Source: Mobula hypostoma (Eukaryota). Taken from it: a DNA stretch of 64,000 nt. Shown here piece after piece: positions 49,771 to 61,900 of this stretch (positions are counted from its first letter, which is position 1; every line of letters begins with the position of its first letter). A model generated the notes under the pieces. It was not told the DNA's origin, searched no databases, and was given only the letters and a program-made list of their open reading frames with translations. The position numbers and the translations under genes are program-made. The stretch spans positions 120,096,001-120,160,000 of the forward strand of contig NC_086097.1 in NCBI RefSeq assembly GCF_963921235.1, in the 5' to 3' direction.

Positions 49771-50315
49771 ATTGAGGTGAAGGGAGCTGTCGACGCAATC
49801 TTTCCGAGCTAGACCTACGTTTGGCCACTGTCGCTTCAGAGTTCTTCTGGCTGCTGTTAATACTAAAGGGTTTATTATTTTCATTGTTTTAATGAAAATG
49901 TTGTGTCTCCTTAAAATCTGATATTCAGGCCTGTTGTCAGATAACACACAAAGTGGGGGCTTGAATAAGGTGGTAGAGAGGTGGAGTAGCATACGCAAAA
50001 TCCTGGCGGAACACAGTAGATCAGGCAGCACCTAAGAAAAGGAGTAAAGAGTTGATACTTGGTCTGAGACCCTTTATCTGAGACATTTAGCCTTTTCGCT
50101 CAATAGAGAAATACTCTAGGACTATATCACTATCATATCTGCAGAAGCAGGTTTTGTATCAGAGTATACCATACTCTTCAGATCCAGCAACAGTTATGCG
50201 GAGAAGGCAGGAGAATGGGGTTGAGAACTAAACAAATCAGCCATGATCGAATGGAAGAGCAGGCTTGATGGGTCAAATGGTCTAATTTTGTTCCTGTGTC
50301 TTATGGTCTAAACAA

Positions 50316-50645
50316 AATAGTCATAGTCATAGTCATACTTTTTGATCCCAGGGGGAAATTGGTTTTCATTACAGTTGCACCATAAATAATAAATAGTAAT
50401 AGAACCATAAATAGTTAAATAGTAATATGTAAATTATGCCAGTAAATTATGAAATAAGTCCAGGACCAGCCTATCGGCTCAGGGTGTCTGACCCTCCAAG
50501 GGAGGAATTGTAAAGTTTGATGGCCACAGGCAGGAATGACATCCTATGACGCTCTGTGCTGCATCTTGGAGGAATGAGTCTCTGGCTGAATGTACTCCTG
50601 TGCCCACTCAGTACATTATGTAGTGGATGGGAGACATTGACCAAG
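50316..50645 (-). mobile_element. Rex/Babar 3' end
   Basis: (ATAGTC)n tail; minus strand SHPLHNVL..HRSTFSQRLIPPRCSTERHRMSFLPVAIKLYN. Confidence 0.85.
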
Positions 50646-51062
50646 ACCAAACGCTGAGGAAGTCAATGGTTCAGGCAGTATTCATGGAGAGAATTGGACC
50701 GTCAACATTTTCGGTCAAGAGCCTTCATGTGGACAGCCCAGATGCTGCCTGACCTTGTGAGCTCCTCCAACACTTTTGTTTGTTATCACTGGGGATGATG
50801 TGGTTAAAGGCAGCTACCAGTTAGGGAACAACCTTAAGAAGTGCAAGATTTTATCATGAGAAAAACTTAATTTGTGGAATTGATCTGGCCACAGCACCAA
50901 TGAAGATAACTTAGGTGATGGCCTTCTACTTCTGCACTAACTATTTTGCAAATAATTGCTAGCATTTAATCACATGTTGAACAAGTAAACTGGTGATTGT
51001 ATCAAGCAGTCCAAGTCAATTTTCATCATAAATTTTCAAAAATAAATTCTTAAATAGGTTAC

Positions 51063-51151
51063 CTTTCTGAATAACTGAAGGAAGGAATTAACTGGATTTT
51101 ATCAGAGATTTTCTTCTCTCTATCTGCTTTGAGAATACAAGCACACATTTC
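51063..51151 (-). CDS. Putative internal coding exon of an unidentified host gene (89 bp, phase 0 to 2)
   Basis: Strong acceptor TTTTTGCTCTTCTTTGTTTTTTGCAG, donor AAG|GTAACC, one open frame EMCACILKADREKKISDKIQLIPSFSYSE; lies in sequence with no recognisable repeat. Confidence 0.55.
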
Positions 51152-53204
51152 CTGCAAAAAACAAAGAAGAGCAAAAAGTGAATACAGTATCAGGTCTTGA
51201 CAAAGCATTTCCAGGTTACAAACATTTTTACATGATCAGTTGCACATACACCACTGTAATGCCATTGCAGACATCAGATTAGCAGAAGAAAAAGAAACTA
51301 TCTGGGTAGTTTTTGACATTCTACAAAGTGCTCCCAAAGACCATCTGCCAATCTTGCTGCATTGCTGAAGCATGGGAAAGTGTGACATCTACATGACCTC
51401 AAGAAGGTACTTTCTTTTAATGTAAAATACCACCAGATAACTCTGAAATTGGGAGATCACGCAACAGAATGGCATGGGTAGCTGTGAGAAAAAGAATATG
51501 CAGCATCCACAGGTTATGTAGAGGTATTTAGAGACCATTGGGTACCATGGGGTATCAATGGAATTCTCCATATGGATGGGAATATGTTAATTTAGTCTGT
51601 GTTAGTCACGATTTGTCTGATTTTGTTTGTCAGGTGATTGTGTTGTATAATTTGATGTGAATGTATGATTGAACTGTAGTAATTTAAATTTATAATAAAT
51701 GTAAAAAAAACACAATGGATGGTTAATCTTTTAGCCACTGGGCCAATTCAGTGTTATAATTGCATATATAATGGAAGTTAATTACAAGTGCTTAAGCCGA
51801 AATCCATTGTTAAGTTACATCTCTTTTACACCACAGCCAATTAGGCTATGAATTACTGTTTCTGTGATTCCAGGTAGATGAAAGTGAGGTGTTTAAAATG
51901 ATTTATTGGTTGTCTTCATATCCTGCAATGACATTGAAACCTGTGTGGGGAGCTTGTACAGTGTAAGAGCCATTGCAATGGGACATTTCCACTTTTCAAC
52001 CTCAGAGGTCCAGGTCCAGAGGTATAAGTAAGTCAGCAGGCCAGACAACATCAGTGTAAAAGGGTAAACAGTCGACATTTTGGGTTGAGACCCTTCATAC
52101 CTCCAGCATTTTGAGTGTGTTACTTTGGATCTACAGCATCTGCAGATTTTATCATGCCAGTGGTACAAGCAGTCATCACATCTGGGGCCTTTCTTGGTTG
52201 CAGTGGATGACTATGAGTTCTTCTACATCTTATCATGCCCTTTGCTCTTCTCGAAGCAGAGCAAACTTCCTGGCCATTGAATCTCACTGTTGAACTCATC
52301 TGGTTAGTTTGAAACTGCTAACTTTGCATGCTAGGGCAGACATGTCCCTAGTTCACTGAAGTATGAGGCCTGCCAGCTATCTTCACCTGGCTTAACCTGT
52401 CTGTCGAAGGGGTGTACTGAGTGAAGCTGTTGTCGCTTGGAGCCATATGACTATCTGGTGCGGACCAAAGTTAAGTGAGCTGCCCTCCAATGGACATGAC
52501 AAGTAGTGCTATCCTTCACCAGAGATGCTATCCTTCCCTGGACACCCCATACAACTCTTCTAAAAATAAATGTAGTAATAACTGAGTTAAGGCATACTCA
52601 CAAATGGATTTAGTACATATAAGAATTATTTATATAGGAAAAATGAAATAAATAAAATATACTAATCAAATACAGATTTGTTGACTGGGTGCAGATCATA
52701 CTACTACACTGTCTATGTCTGACTATAGATTATATAAGCTGTATATGGTAGATTGGAGACACTGACTCACTGAATTCTGATAAGCATAAATTGGTTTAAA
52801 TTAGGCATTCTATAATTAAGTCAAAGTGCACAGTTGTGATCAGAATTCAAGGAAGGAAACATGAACAAAAGATATAGCCTCTGAAATGTAGTCTATTACT
52901 TGCCCTGTGGTAGCACTAATCTTGCCTTATTTTCTTATGTGGTTACAGGAGTGTTGGTGCATTTTGGCTTCCAACCTACCACAGGCGTTTGCCCTCACCC
53001 AGTCTGCCACCTCGTTCTTATGCTTTAAAATAGTACAGCACAGTTCAGGCCCTTCAGCCCACAATGTTGTGCTTTATGTAACTTTAGCCCTTTCCTAGAG
53101 CTCTTGCTTAAGAAAATAGGAAATGGTAGAAGAAGAGAACTGCAGAGCTTGCATACAACTTTGGGTTCTGATGTGATTTATTGGATTGGAGACTAACAAT
53201 TCTT

Positions 53205-55740
53205 TTGATAAAGTAGACTCTAAAATCTCTTTATTTAGTTGGCAAAATAAAAACCCGAGATTGGGTAGAATACATCTACAGAAAGCTAAGAGAGATGGAG
53301 GCTTGGCATTACCTAACTTCAGATTTTATTATTGGACAATTAATATTCGACACATGAAATTTTGGTTACTTGACCAAGAAATAATATCCATTCCTAAATG
53401 GGTAGTATTGGAATTACATTCTGTTCAAGGCTATGCACTTGGCTCTATATTAGGATCTTCTCTTCCTTCCGATTTGAAACGCTACAAGCAGGTTTACAAC
53501 CAGATAGTTAAACATACCTTACGTATTTGGTTTCAATTCTGAAAATTTTTTGATCTTAATCAATTTGTGTTAGCGATTCCTATTATTGGCAATATATTTT
53601 TTCTCCCCTCCTCTACGGATCGTGCCTTTCAAATTTGGAAGACTAATGGTATATCATGGTTTTTGGACTTATTTTCAGATGGCTCCCTTTTGTCTTTTGA
53701 ACAGTTATCTAACAAATACAATTTACCAAGAACACATCTTTTTAGATATTTGCAAGTTAGAAATTTCCTAAGTACCATACTTTCTTCCTTTCCGGCGTTA
53801 CCCCTACAAACATTTTAGACGCTATCATTAACCTCAATCCGTGTCAGAAAGGTGTAACGGCTACTATTTATAATACTATCATGAAACTTAGGAAAGCTCC
53901 ATTCGATAAGATTAGGACTGACTGGGAAAAGGAATTGGGTCTTACTATCCCAGCGGATGACTGGGCTCATATTTTACAACTTGTTAATACATCCTCTATC
54001 TGTTCCAAACACTCCTTAATTCAATTTAAAGTTGTCCATAGAGCACACATGTCTAAAGATAAATTAGCTCGTTTTTATTCTGTTACGTACCCCGTAACTG
54101 GGTTGCCAAACCAGCAGAAATGGATCACTCAGTTGGAGTCTGGAGTACTAGAACTAAGAAAGTTTTATTAAAGAAACAAGCAACACTGTAATCGAAAGGA
54201 TAATAAATGCAACAATTCAACAATGATAACCACACATGTGCACAGAATTAAGATAACAGCATCAATCAAGCTCTATCGTTGTCTAGGGGTTAAATGATCA
54301 ATTTCAAAATGACTCAAAGTTCAGTCCAGTTTGTAGTTCAGTTCGCAGTAATCGTTGCCATGGCGATGGACAAGGTGGGGAAGAGAGACACAGAATAGGA
54401 ACAACTGATCATTCAGAACACTGCTTCACTCACAGACCAGCGGGATGGCTCACAAACAGCTTTTGGGCAGGTCCTTGGTGATGTCACCTGAGGTCACCGA
54501 CTGTGACCCCTCCTCCAGATGCGGTCGATCCTCTGCAGTGAACCCGGCACCCAGGCAAGGGCGGACACACACCGGGTTCCCGCTGATTGTACCTTTCCAC
54601 CCTTGTCGTTGTCTGGGACTTCTCACCCACTCGTGAGAAGCGCACCGCTTCCAGGGTCTCGTTACCTCGGGTGGCGTGTGTGTCTGTCTTAGCGAACCTG
54701 TCCCTTTTTATCCCCCTGCTGGGGTATCGCCTGTCCATCACTTCAAACAGTTCAGGGTTCAAAGGGGGGAGCCGCTCCAGACAGCTCTTCCTCCCACATC
54801 CCTTCATTACACATCTCCAGACGCTGCTCCATTGTTCCTTATCTCTCCTTCCCCTGAGGGCAGGTGGCAGACCAACTGCTGATGCCACTGATGCTAGCCC
54901 AGGCCAGCAAACATCTTAATTTTATGTGTATTCTCGTAACAATTCTCATATTAACCCTCTTTGTGATAGATGTCATGGGGAGATAGCTTCCTTGACCCAC
55001 ATGTTTTGGTCTTGTCCTACTCTGGAAACTTTTTGGAAAGACATTTTTAATATTAACTCAAAGGTTTTGAAAAGTGATATTTCTCCCCATCCTATTACTG
55101 TACTGCTATCTTTGGATTACCTAAAACTTCTAGTAATTTATCCCCCTCAGTGCGTAGAATGATTACATTTCTTACTTTAATGGCGAAAAGATGTATTCTG
55201 CAACATTGGAAGGAGATTAATGCTCCAACTACATTTTTTTGGTTCTCTCAAACAATACTGTGTCTAAATTTGGAAAAAATAAGAAGTAATCTTTATTATA
55301 CTTCAGTTAAATTTGAACAGACCTGGAGATCTCTTATTCAATATTTTCATTTAATGTAACTATTTTTTTTTCTCTCTGATCGTACATACACTCCCCTTGT
55401 GGATTTTATCTGCTATTAGCAGAGGTCGGGTTTGAGGACGTGATTGTTTAATCTGTTCAGGTCTACTATTCACCTAGTTAGCCCATTGCTTTGCTTTGTA
55501 GCTTAGTTGCACAGTAGGTTTTTTTTTGGGTTTTTTGGGTTTTTTTTTCTCGTTTATCGATATATATGGAAAATCAGTATACAATTATATTACCTCATTA
55601 TTTTATAACTAACTTATATCGTTTGCATTTTTTTGTATTAATATTACTTGTATATTTATATCTTAACAATGTATTGCTTGCTATATGTTTTACCTTTTGT
55701 GTACTAATTCAATAAAAAGATTTTAAAAGAAAAAAAGAAA
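53205..55740 (+). mobile_element. L1/Tx1-type LINE, 5'-truncated, interrupted by a solo LTR
   Basis: GGLALPNFRFYYW, LIQFKVVHRAH, CDRC...SLTHMFWSC zinc knuckle; AATAAA plus A-rich tail; TSD TAACAATTCTT (53194-53204, 55744-55754). Confidence 0.95.
54081..54941 (-). mobile_element. Solo LTR of the element-2 family
   Basis: TGTTACG...CGTAACA termini, 4-bp TSD ATTC, high similarity to the LTRs at 39020 and 42808. Confidence 0.97.
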
Positions 55741-56361
55741 GAATAACAATTCTTCCTGTTCATTGTAGGGTCTCGTCAAACCTATTCTTTCTATCATGAG
55801 GGGTAGTGCTTGTGCTCTGTGTTGGTCCCAAAGAATGCTAGATTCAAGGATCAAGATTATTTATCAGGATTCTTCAGTAACATTGTGTGGAATCATGTTC
55901 ACGGATTTGGTGAGTGGAACAGAAGATGCCCACTACCGGTAAGTAAGTTAATCATTTCTTTGCAGGGCAAGACAGATTCGAAACATTCCGAAAACCCCAC
56001 AAGTTACACTCAGTTACAAATACTGATGTAAAATGCAATCTCTTACTGCAGCAGACTTCCACTGTTTCCATGGCACTATCCGCGTCTGTCCACGGTGACC
56101 CAGAGAGCAAAAAGTGAGCATATGCTTTCAGTGTGCTAGATTTATACTCTACCAGCACCATGATGTCATCAGCCAACAGCACCTAGTGAGAGGGGCTGCA
56201 ATGTTCCTTAAACAGGAGCTGGGAGTACCCCAGCTAGCATGGGGGAGTGGCTTTTGATGAAAAGGTAAAATAGACACTTCTGTAATATTCCACACCAGGA
56301 AAGGCACTACAACATGACACCCAGTTCACAGACTAGTATAATCCCTGTTGACATCCCACTA

Positions 56362-56678
56362 AATTAAGGGCATCCGTTAGTTTTTCGAGACCATGAATCT
56401 GCGCCTGGAAAGTCTTCACTCTCCAGGGCACAGGCCTGGTCAAGGTTGTATGGAAGACCAGCAGTTGCCCATGCTGCAAGTCTCCCCTCTCCACGACACC
56501 AATGTTATCCAAGGGAAGGGCATTAGGACCCATACAGCTTGGCACCAATGTCGTTGCAGAGCAATATGTGGTTAAGTTCCTTGCTCAAGGACACAACACG
56601 CTGCCTCAGCTGGGGCTTGAACTCACAACCTTCAGGTCGCTAGTCCAATGTCATAACCACTTGGCCACGTGCCCACAA
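56362..56678 (-). mobile_element. tRNA-derived SINE with CORE-like motif and probable RTE-related body
   Basis: 12-bp TSD GACATCCCACTA; A box GTGGCCAAGTGG, B box GAGTTCAAGCC; TGTGTCCTTGAGCAAGGAACTTAACC CORE-like motif. Confidence 0.88.
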
Positions 56679-58999
56679 GACATCCCACTATGCTACATAT
56701 AAACTGTAACTCTATAAAACCCAGAACTATCAGTCCACCAGTTGCTATCCTGTATTCTACAGTAGACCACCAACTGTCCAGTGCCCCATTGTCTTAACAT
56801 AAACATCTTATAGTAGTCATCTTGCAAAGGCATATCACTAACTTCAATTTACAATCTCCATTAAGAATTTAAGATTGGTTCTTGCTTGAATTAAAATCTG
56901 TTATGTTCACATAACTCCAGAATACTTACTAACGTACGTTTGTCTTGGCCCCTGCACAGACATCTGTCCCAGGAAGGTCAAACTATAAGGAAGATCTGAT
57001 TAAGCAAGGCAGTGAAAATTCACTTCCCCAATTACAAATTACATCTACACTATCTAACATCCTTAATTGGCTATCTACAAGACTGATTGGAGAAGTCAAT
57101 AAACATTCCAGAAATTTGATCGCATCCTCTTCGCCTCGTCAATCTCTGATAGCTAAAAGTATTAGTAGTGGTTGTCAGTAGTTATTCTCGAGTCTGGATC
57201 AGAGCAAGGTAACTTTGTTTCAGGTTCGCAGTCAGCAGTTCACATTCCATGACAGGACAGAAGATTACCAGGATAACCTCACGATCATCTCAGTCTCGTT
57301 GATCAATCTACGGGGGGGGGGGCGGTGGTTGAGGTGGTCTCCATTTCAATGGCTGTAAGAACCTTCCCCTGGTGGTGATCATTCCCAGGCTGCTGTCCTT
57401 TTGATCACTGGCCCAATCATCGAAAGGGCCCAGCTCATTTGTGTTCACCAGGCTGGGTGGCTGCCCTCAGACACCGCACAATGTCTTCTCCCTTCCTTAG
57501 TCTGCCTTCCAAACTTGATGTCTCTGCTGCAAATGTGATCCCTCCCATCTACTTTCCAAACTCTTTCTGTTCTGATCTGTTTAACTAATCATCTACCTTC
57601 CAGAACCAGCCGACATTACAAAGTACAATTGCTACAATGTTTTAGTGGGTTAATCATGGCTTGCTGTCACACTCTCTCCGGTTCTTTTGCATTCACCTTC
57701 CTGTTCCTTTTCATTCACAGGTCCTCTTCAATCAGGAGGATGATGATTTTTTATTGAAGTTTCCTGTAATGAGATTATTAGTGGGCTGACTCACTTCGTC
57801 AGTCTTCTCCCTCTCTTTCTCTACTGTCAGCAATGGTGTACTCTCATTTGCATTTTACCCAGCACATACTGGACTACAAGCACATTCTATATTTGCATTT
57901 TAGGAGACAGGAATGACCTGAGTCCTGGATACTCATTTGCATTTTATGAAACACACACTGTGACTTTGTCTCAACTTAGCAAAGTTCCTTCCAAAAAAAA
58001 TTGAAACTCAATATGTTGTCAATGCCCAATATAAAAAATTTAACCTTATGGAACATTCTTGTGAAGAGAAGCAACATTATGGTTCACTCCGCAAGTGCTC
58101 CAATCTCCCTCCAAGAACAAATTTCAAATTTCCAGTTTAAGTGTACACTAATCACCAATTTCCCAAAATGCCAATTCATTTCTAGAATAGGGGAATCTCA
58201 TATGTGAAATAGCGACACTCATAGTTCCATCACCTTAACCTGGATTCCATATGGCCAGTGTGAAATCTGGGTTTATCTTTTTCCAATATCCATTGCAAAG
58301 CAAAGAAGTAAATATACACAAACTTTAAATGCAAATAAGACACAACAAAAAATTGGTTATTGCAATTATATTCCTTCTGAAGCTTCACAAATAAACTGAA
58401 CAACACTTGGAACAAAGTAAAGAGATTCCCTCTTAAAATAAGACATCCTGCAAATTTATCTCACATCAAGTAACACAATATTCCTCTGGCTTAATCCAAA
58501 AAAACTCTGCCAATACCAATTTAACAAGCACATGACAGACTTTGCACTCACACTCACTCACGCGTGATCTCTGTTCTCTGTCTTGCTCTTGCTCTCTCAA
58601 GTGAACTCAAGTGTGGCCATACCTCATGCAATATTTTTCAAAGTCAAACCATTCAGGCTGAATATGTGGGGGGGGGGGTGGTTTCAGGGCAAATGACCTC
58701 TTCCCTATGGGATGGGACGGGGAGCCGCTACCCAGCACATGACCCTGATGTTGCTAAAGTTCTTCATTTGACTTTTGCAGAGCCTCCAGTGAGGGATATA
58801 GGGAATACTGAGCAGAATGCAAGAAATCCTGTGGAGGACAGAAGGAACCATTATCGGGGAGGGCTTGGAGAATGACTCTTCTCTCTTAATGGCTTCCTTG
58901 CTTCTTTTCCCCTGGCAGTACTCCATTCACATGGCATAAAGGGTCAGAGTAGGAAACCAACTTCCCTCTCCAACATGCCCCCCAGCTCTGAGCAATGCC

Positions 59000-61900
59000 T
59001 ATTGCGTAACAGGCAACAATGAATATCAATTGAGACAAGTTATATAAAAACAAGTAAACATTTATTAAACACAGATAAACAATAAAAACGAACAAAAACC
59101 TTAACCAGAAGTTAACCGCTATGCGGTGGTTCAACGAACCATCACTCGCTACTGGTTCTTAAAGTGTTAAAGGCAAGAACAGTTCTTAAAGCAGTAAAGT
59201 CAGATACAATTCTTAAAATGGTAAATTCGAAAGTCCAACAGATTTATATATTCAATTGGGAGAGACTTCTCTAGAGAAGGATTTCTTCACAGATGTGACT
59301 TTCCTGTTGGTTCTGTCCAAAGGATTCACGATGCAGGAAATAAATGGCTTAAAACAACGGACCTTAGTTTCTAGAGAGCAAATCCTGCATGAACTACCTT
59401 GCTGTTTTGGCAAGAGTTATCTTCGAAGCAGGTCGCTACTTCTTCAACGAAGACTCAATAAGGTTGATCCTTTTTTAAACTGCCGAACATTCCCCATTTA
59501 TTTTAATCCTCCATATCCTGTACATTGATAAAGTCCTTACTCTCCAATACTGCTGGAAAAAGGTATATCAACACATCAAGCAAAAATTGCCAGTCCAACA
59601 CTATTGTACCTTGCAACAGAACGTAACACTCCATTTTATAAATGAAACTGTGTCATAAAACACATACGCAACAGAAACAGAGACTGACTAACGTTCTAGC
59701 TGGAAAACTAAAAGTAACTACGTCATCTGAGGTCTTCCCTTATACACCCGTGGTGAACATGTCATTACGTGAACTCACATTGGTGGGAAAATTACATCAG
59801 GTGACCTCCAAAAGACCATTACATCATTCTCACAAGATCTCCTTGAGGTATGTAACACCTCCCCCCCAAAAAAATTTAGTCTCTTAAAGAACAAAATTTT
59901 AACAATTAACAATTTACACAAAAAAATACAAAAGTATAAAATTTACAACATACACAATATATGCAGTCTTATTTTTCAGCACTTTACAAACTAATATACA
60001 GTAGGAATGTTACAAATGTTAAAATACCACTCCATTAAAAGAAATTCATTGTACATTTAACATCTAGATAGACAGTCAGCGATCACATTATCTTTACCCT
60101 TAATACGAGTGATCAAAATATTGTACTCCTGTAACATTAGACTGGATTATTAAATTGGAGTTTAATTTCCTTAACCATTTTCCTTAATGGTCACAGTGGT
60201 ATGACCAAATTCACTTTTAGCTAAGCTAATAGTTAAGTTAGCCTTTGAAATTCTCTCAGATATTTTCTCCACCACAGTAATATGTGCTTTCCACGTATTA
60301 TTTCCTGTAACTAAATCATCAATATAGGCATCTGTATCTTTTAATCCCTGAATCACACTATTAATCATCGTCTGAAAGGTAACTGGTTCATTCTTCATCC
60401 CAAGTTGAAGAACATTATATTCATATCACCTAGATGGGGTTACAAATTCAGATATCTCTCTACCTCTATCCGTCAATGGAACACACCAATAACCTTTTAA
60501 CAAATCGATCTTTGTAAGGAATTTCGTTTGTCCAACTTCATCCACACAATCATCTACTCTAGGGATTGGATATGCATCAGTTTTTGTCACAGTAGTCACC
60601 TTCCTGCAATCTGTACAAAACCGAATACTATTGTCTGGTTTAGGCACAATAACACAAGATGAACTCCAATTCGAATTAGAATGTCTAATAATAGCATTCC
60701 CTAACATATACTTAATTTCTTGTTCAGCAAGTTCACATTTTTCCCTGTTCATTCCATACAGATGTTGTTTTATGGGTTTTGCATCTCCAACATCTACATC
60801 ATGTGTAGCTACGGTGGTTCTTCTAGGAACGTCTGGAAATAAATCTCTATATTTAAAAAAAATAACTGTTTCATCGGCTCTGTCTGCTCTGGCTGTAAAT
60901 GAGCTAATTTTTCATCAATATTTTCTAGAATTGTTGAATTTGGTAACTTGGCTGAAATAATGTTGGGTTTAAAATGTTTCAGATGAATCATTGATTAAGT
61001 TTTTATCAAGATCAGACTCATTATTGATCACAACAGTCATAATAGCATCTTCTCTCTCATAATACGGTTTTGTCATATTTATATGACACAGCTGTGTTGT
61101 CTTTCATCGATCTGGGGTTTTTACCATGTAATCTACATCATTTACCTTAGATTTAATCTCATAAGGACCATGAAATTTAGCTTGTAATGAGTTTGATTGC
61201 ACCGGGAAAAGAACCAATACCTTATCTCCAGGCTTAAATGACCTCATCCTAGCTTCCTTATCATACCAAGTCATCATCTTCTCCTGAGCCAATTTTAAAT
61301 TTTCGTTTGCCAAGCTACAAGCTTTATATAATCTTTCTTTAAATTTTAAAACATAATCTAGCAAATTAGTGTGTACCTCTTTATTAATCCACTGTTCCTT
61401 CAACAAAGCTAAAGGTCCTCGAACTCTATGCCCAAACAAAAGTTCAAAAGGACTAAAACCTAATAATTCCTGTACTGCCTCCCTTACTGTAAAAGGTAGT
61501 AAAATGTATACCGTCATCCCAGTCCTTTTAATGTTCCACACAATATGTCCTAATCATACTTTTTAATGTAGAATGAATTCTCTCCAAGGCTCCTTGTGAT
61601 TCTGGATGATAGGCTGAGGAAATAATCTGCTTTGCTCCCAGTTTATAAACTATCTGCTGAAATAATCCAGACATAACATTACTACCTTGATCCAATTGTA
61701 TTTCCTTAGGCAACCCAAAATAAGTAAATAATTTTATAAGAGCTTTTGTCACAGTTTTGGCTGTTAAGTTCCTAAGAAGTACTGCCTCTGGAAACCTAGA
61801 CGCTGTGCTCATAATAGTTAACAAATATTGATGTCCAGTTTTAGTCTTTGGCAAAGGACCTACACAGTCTACAATGATTTTTGAGAACAGCTCACCAAAT

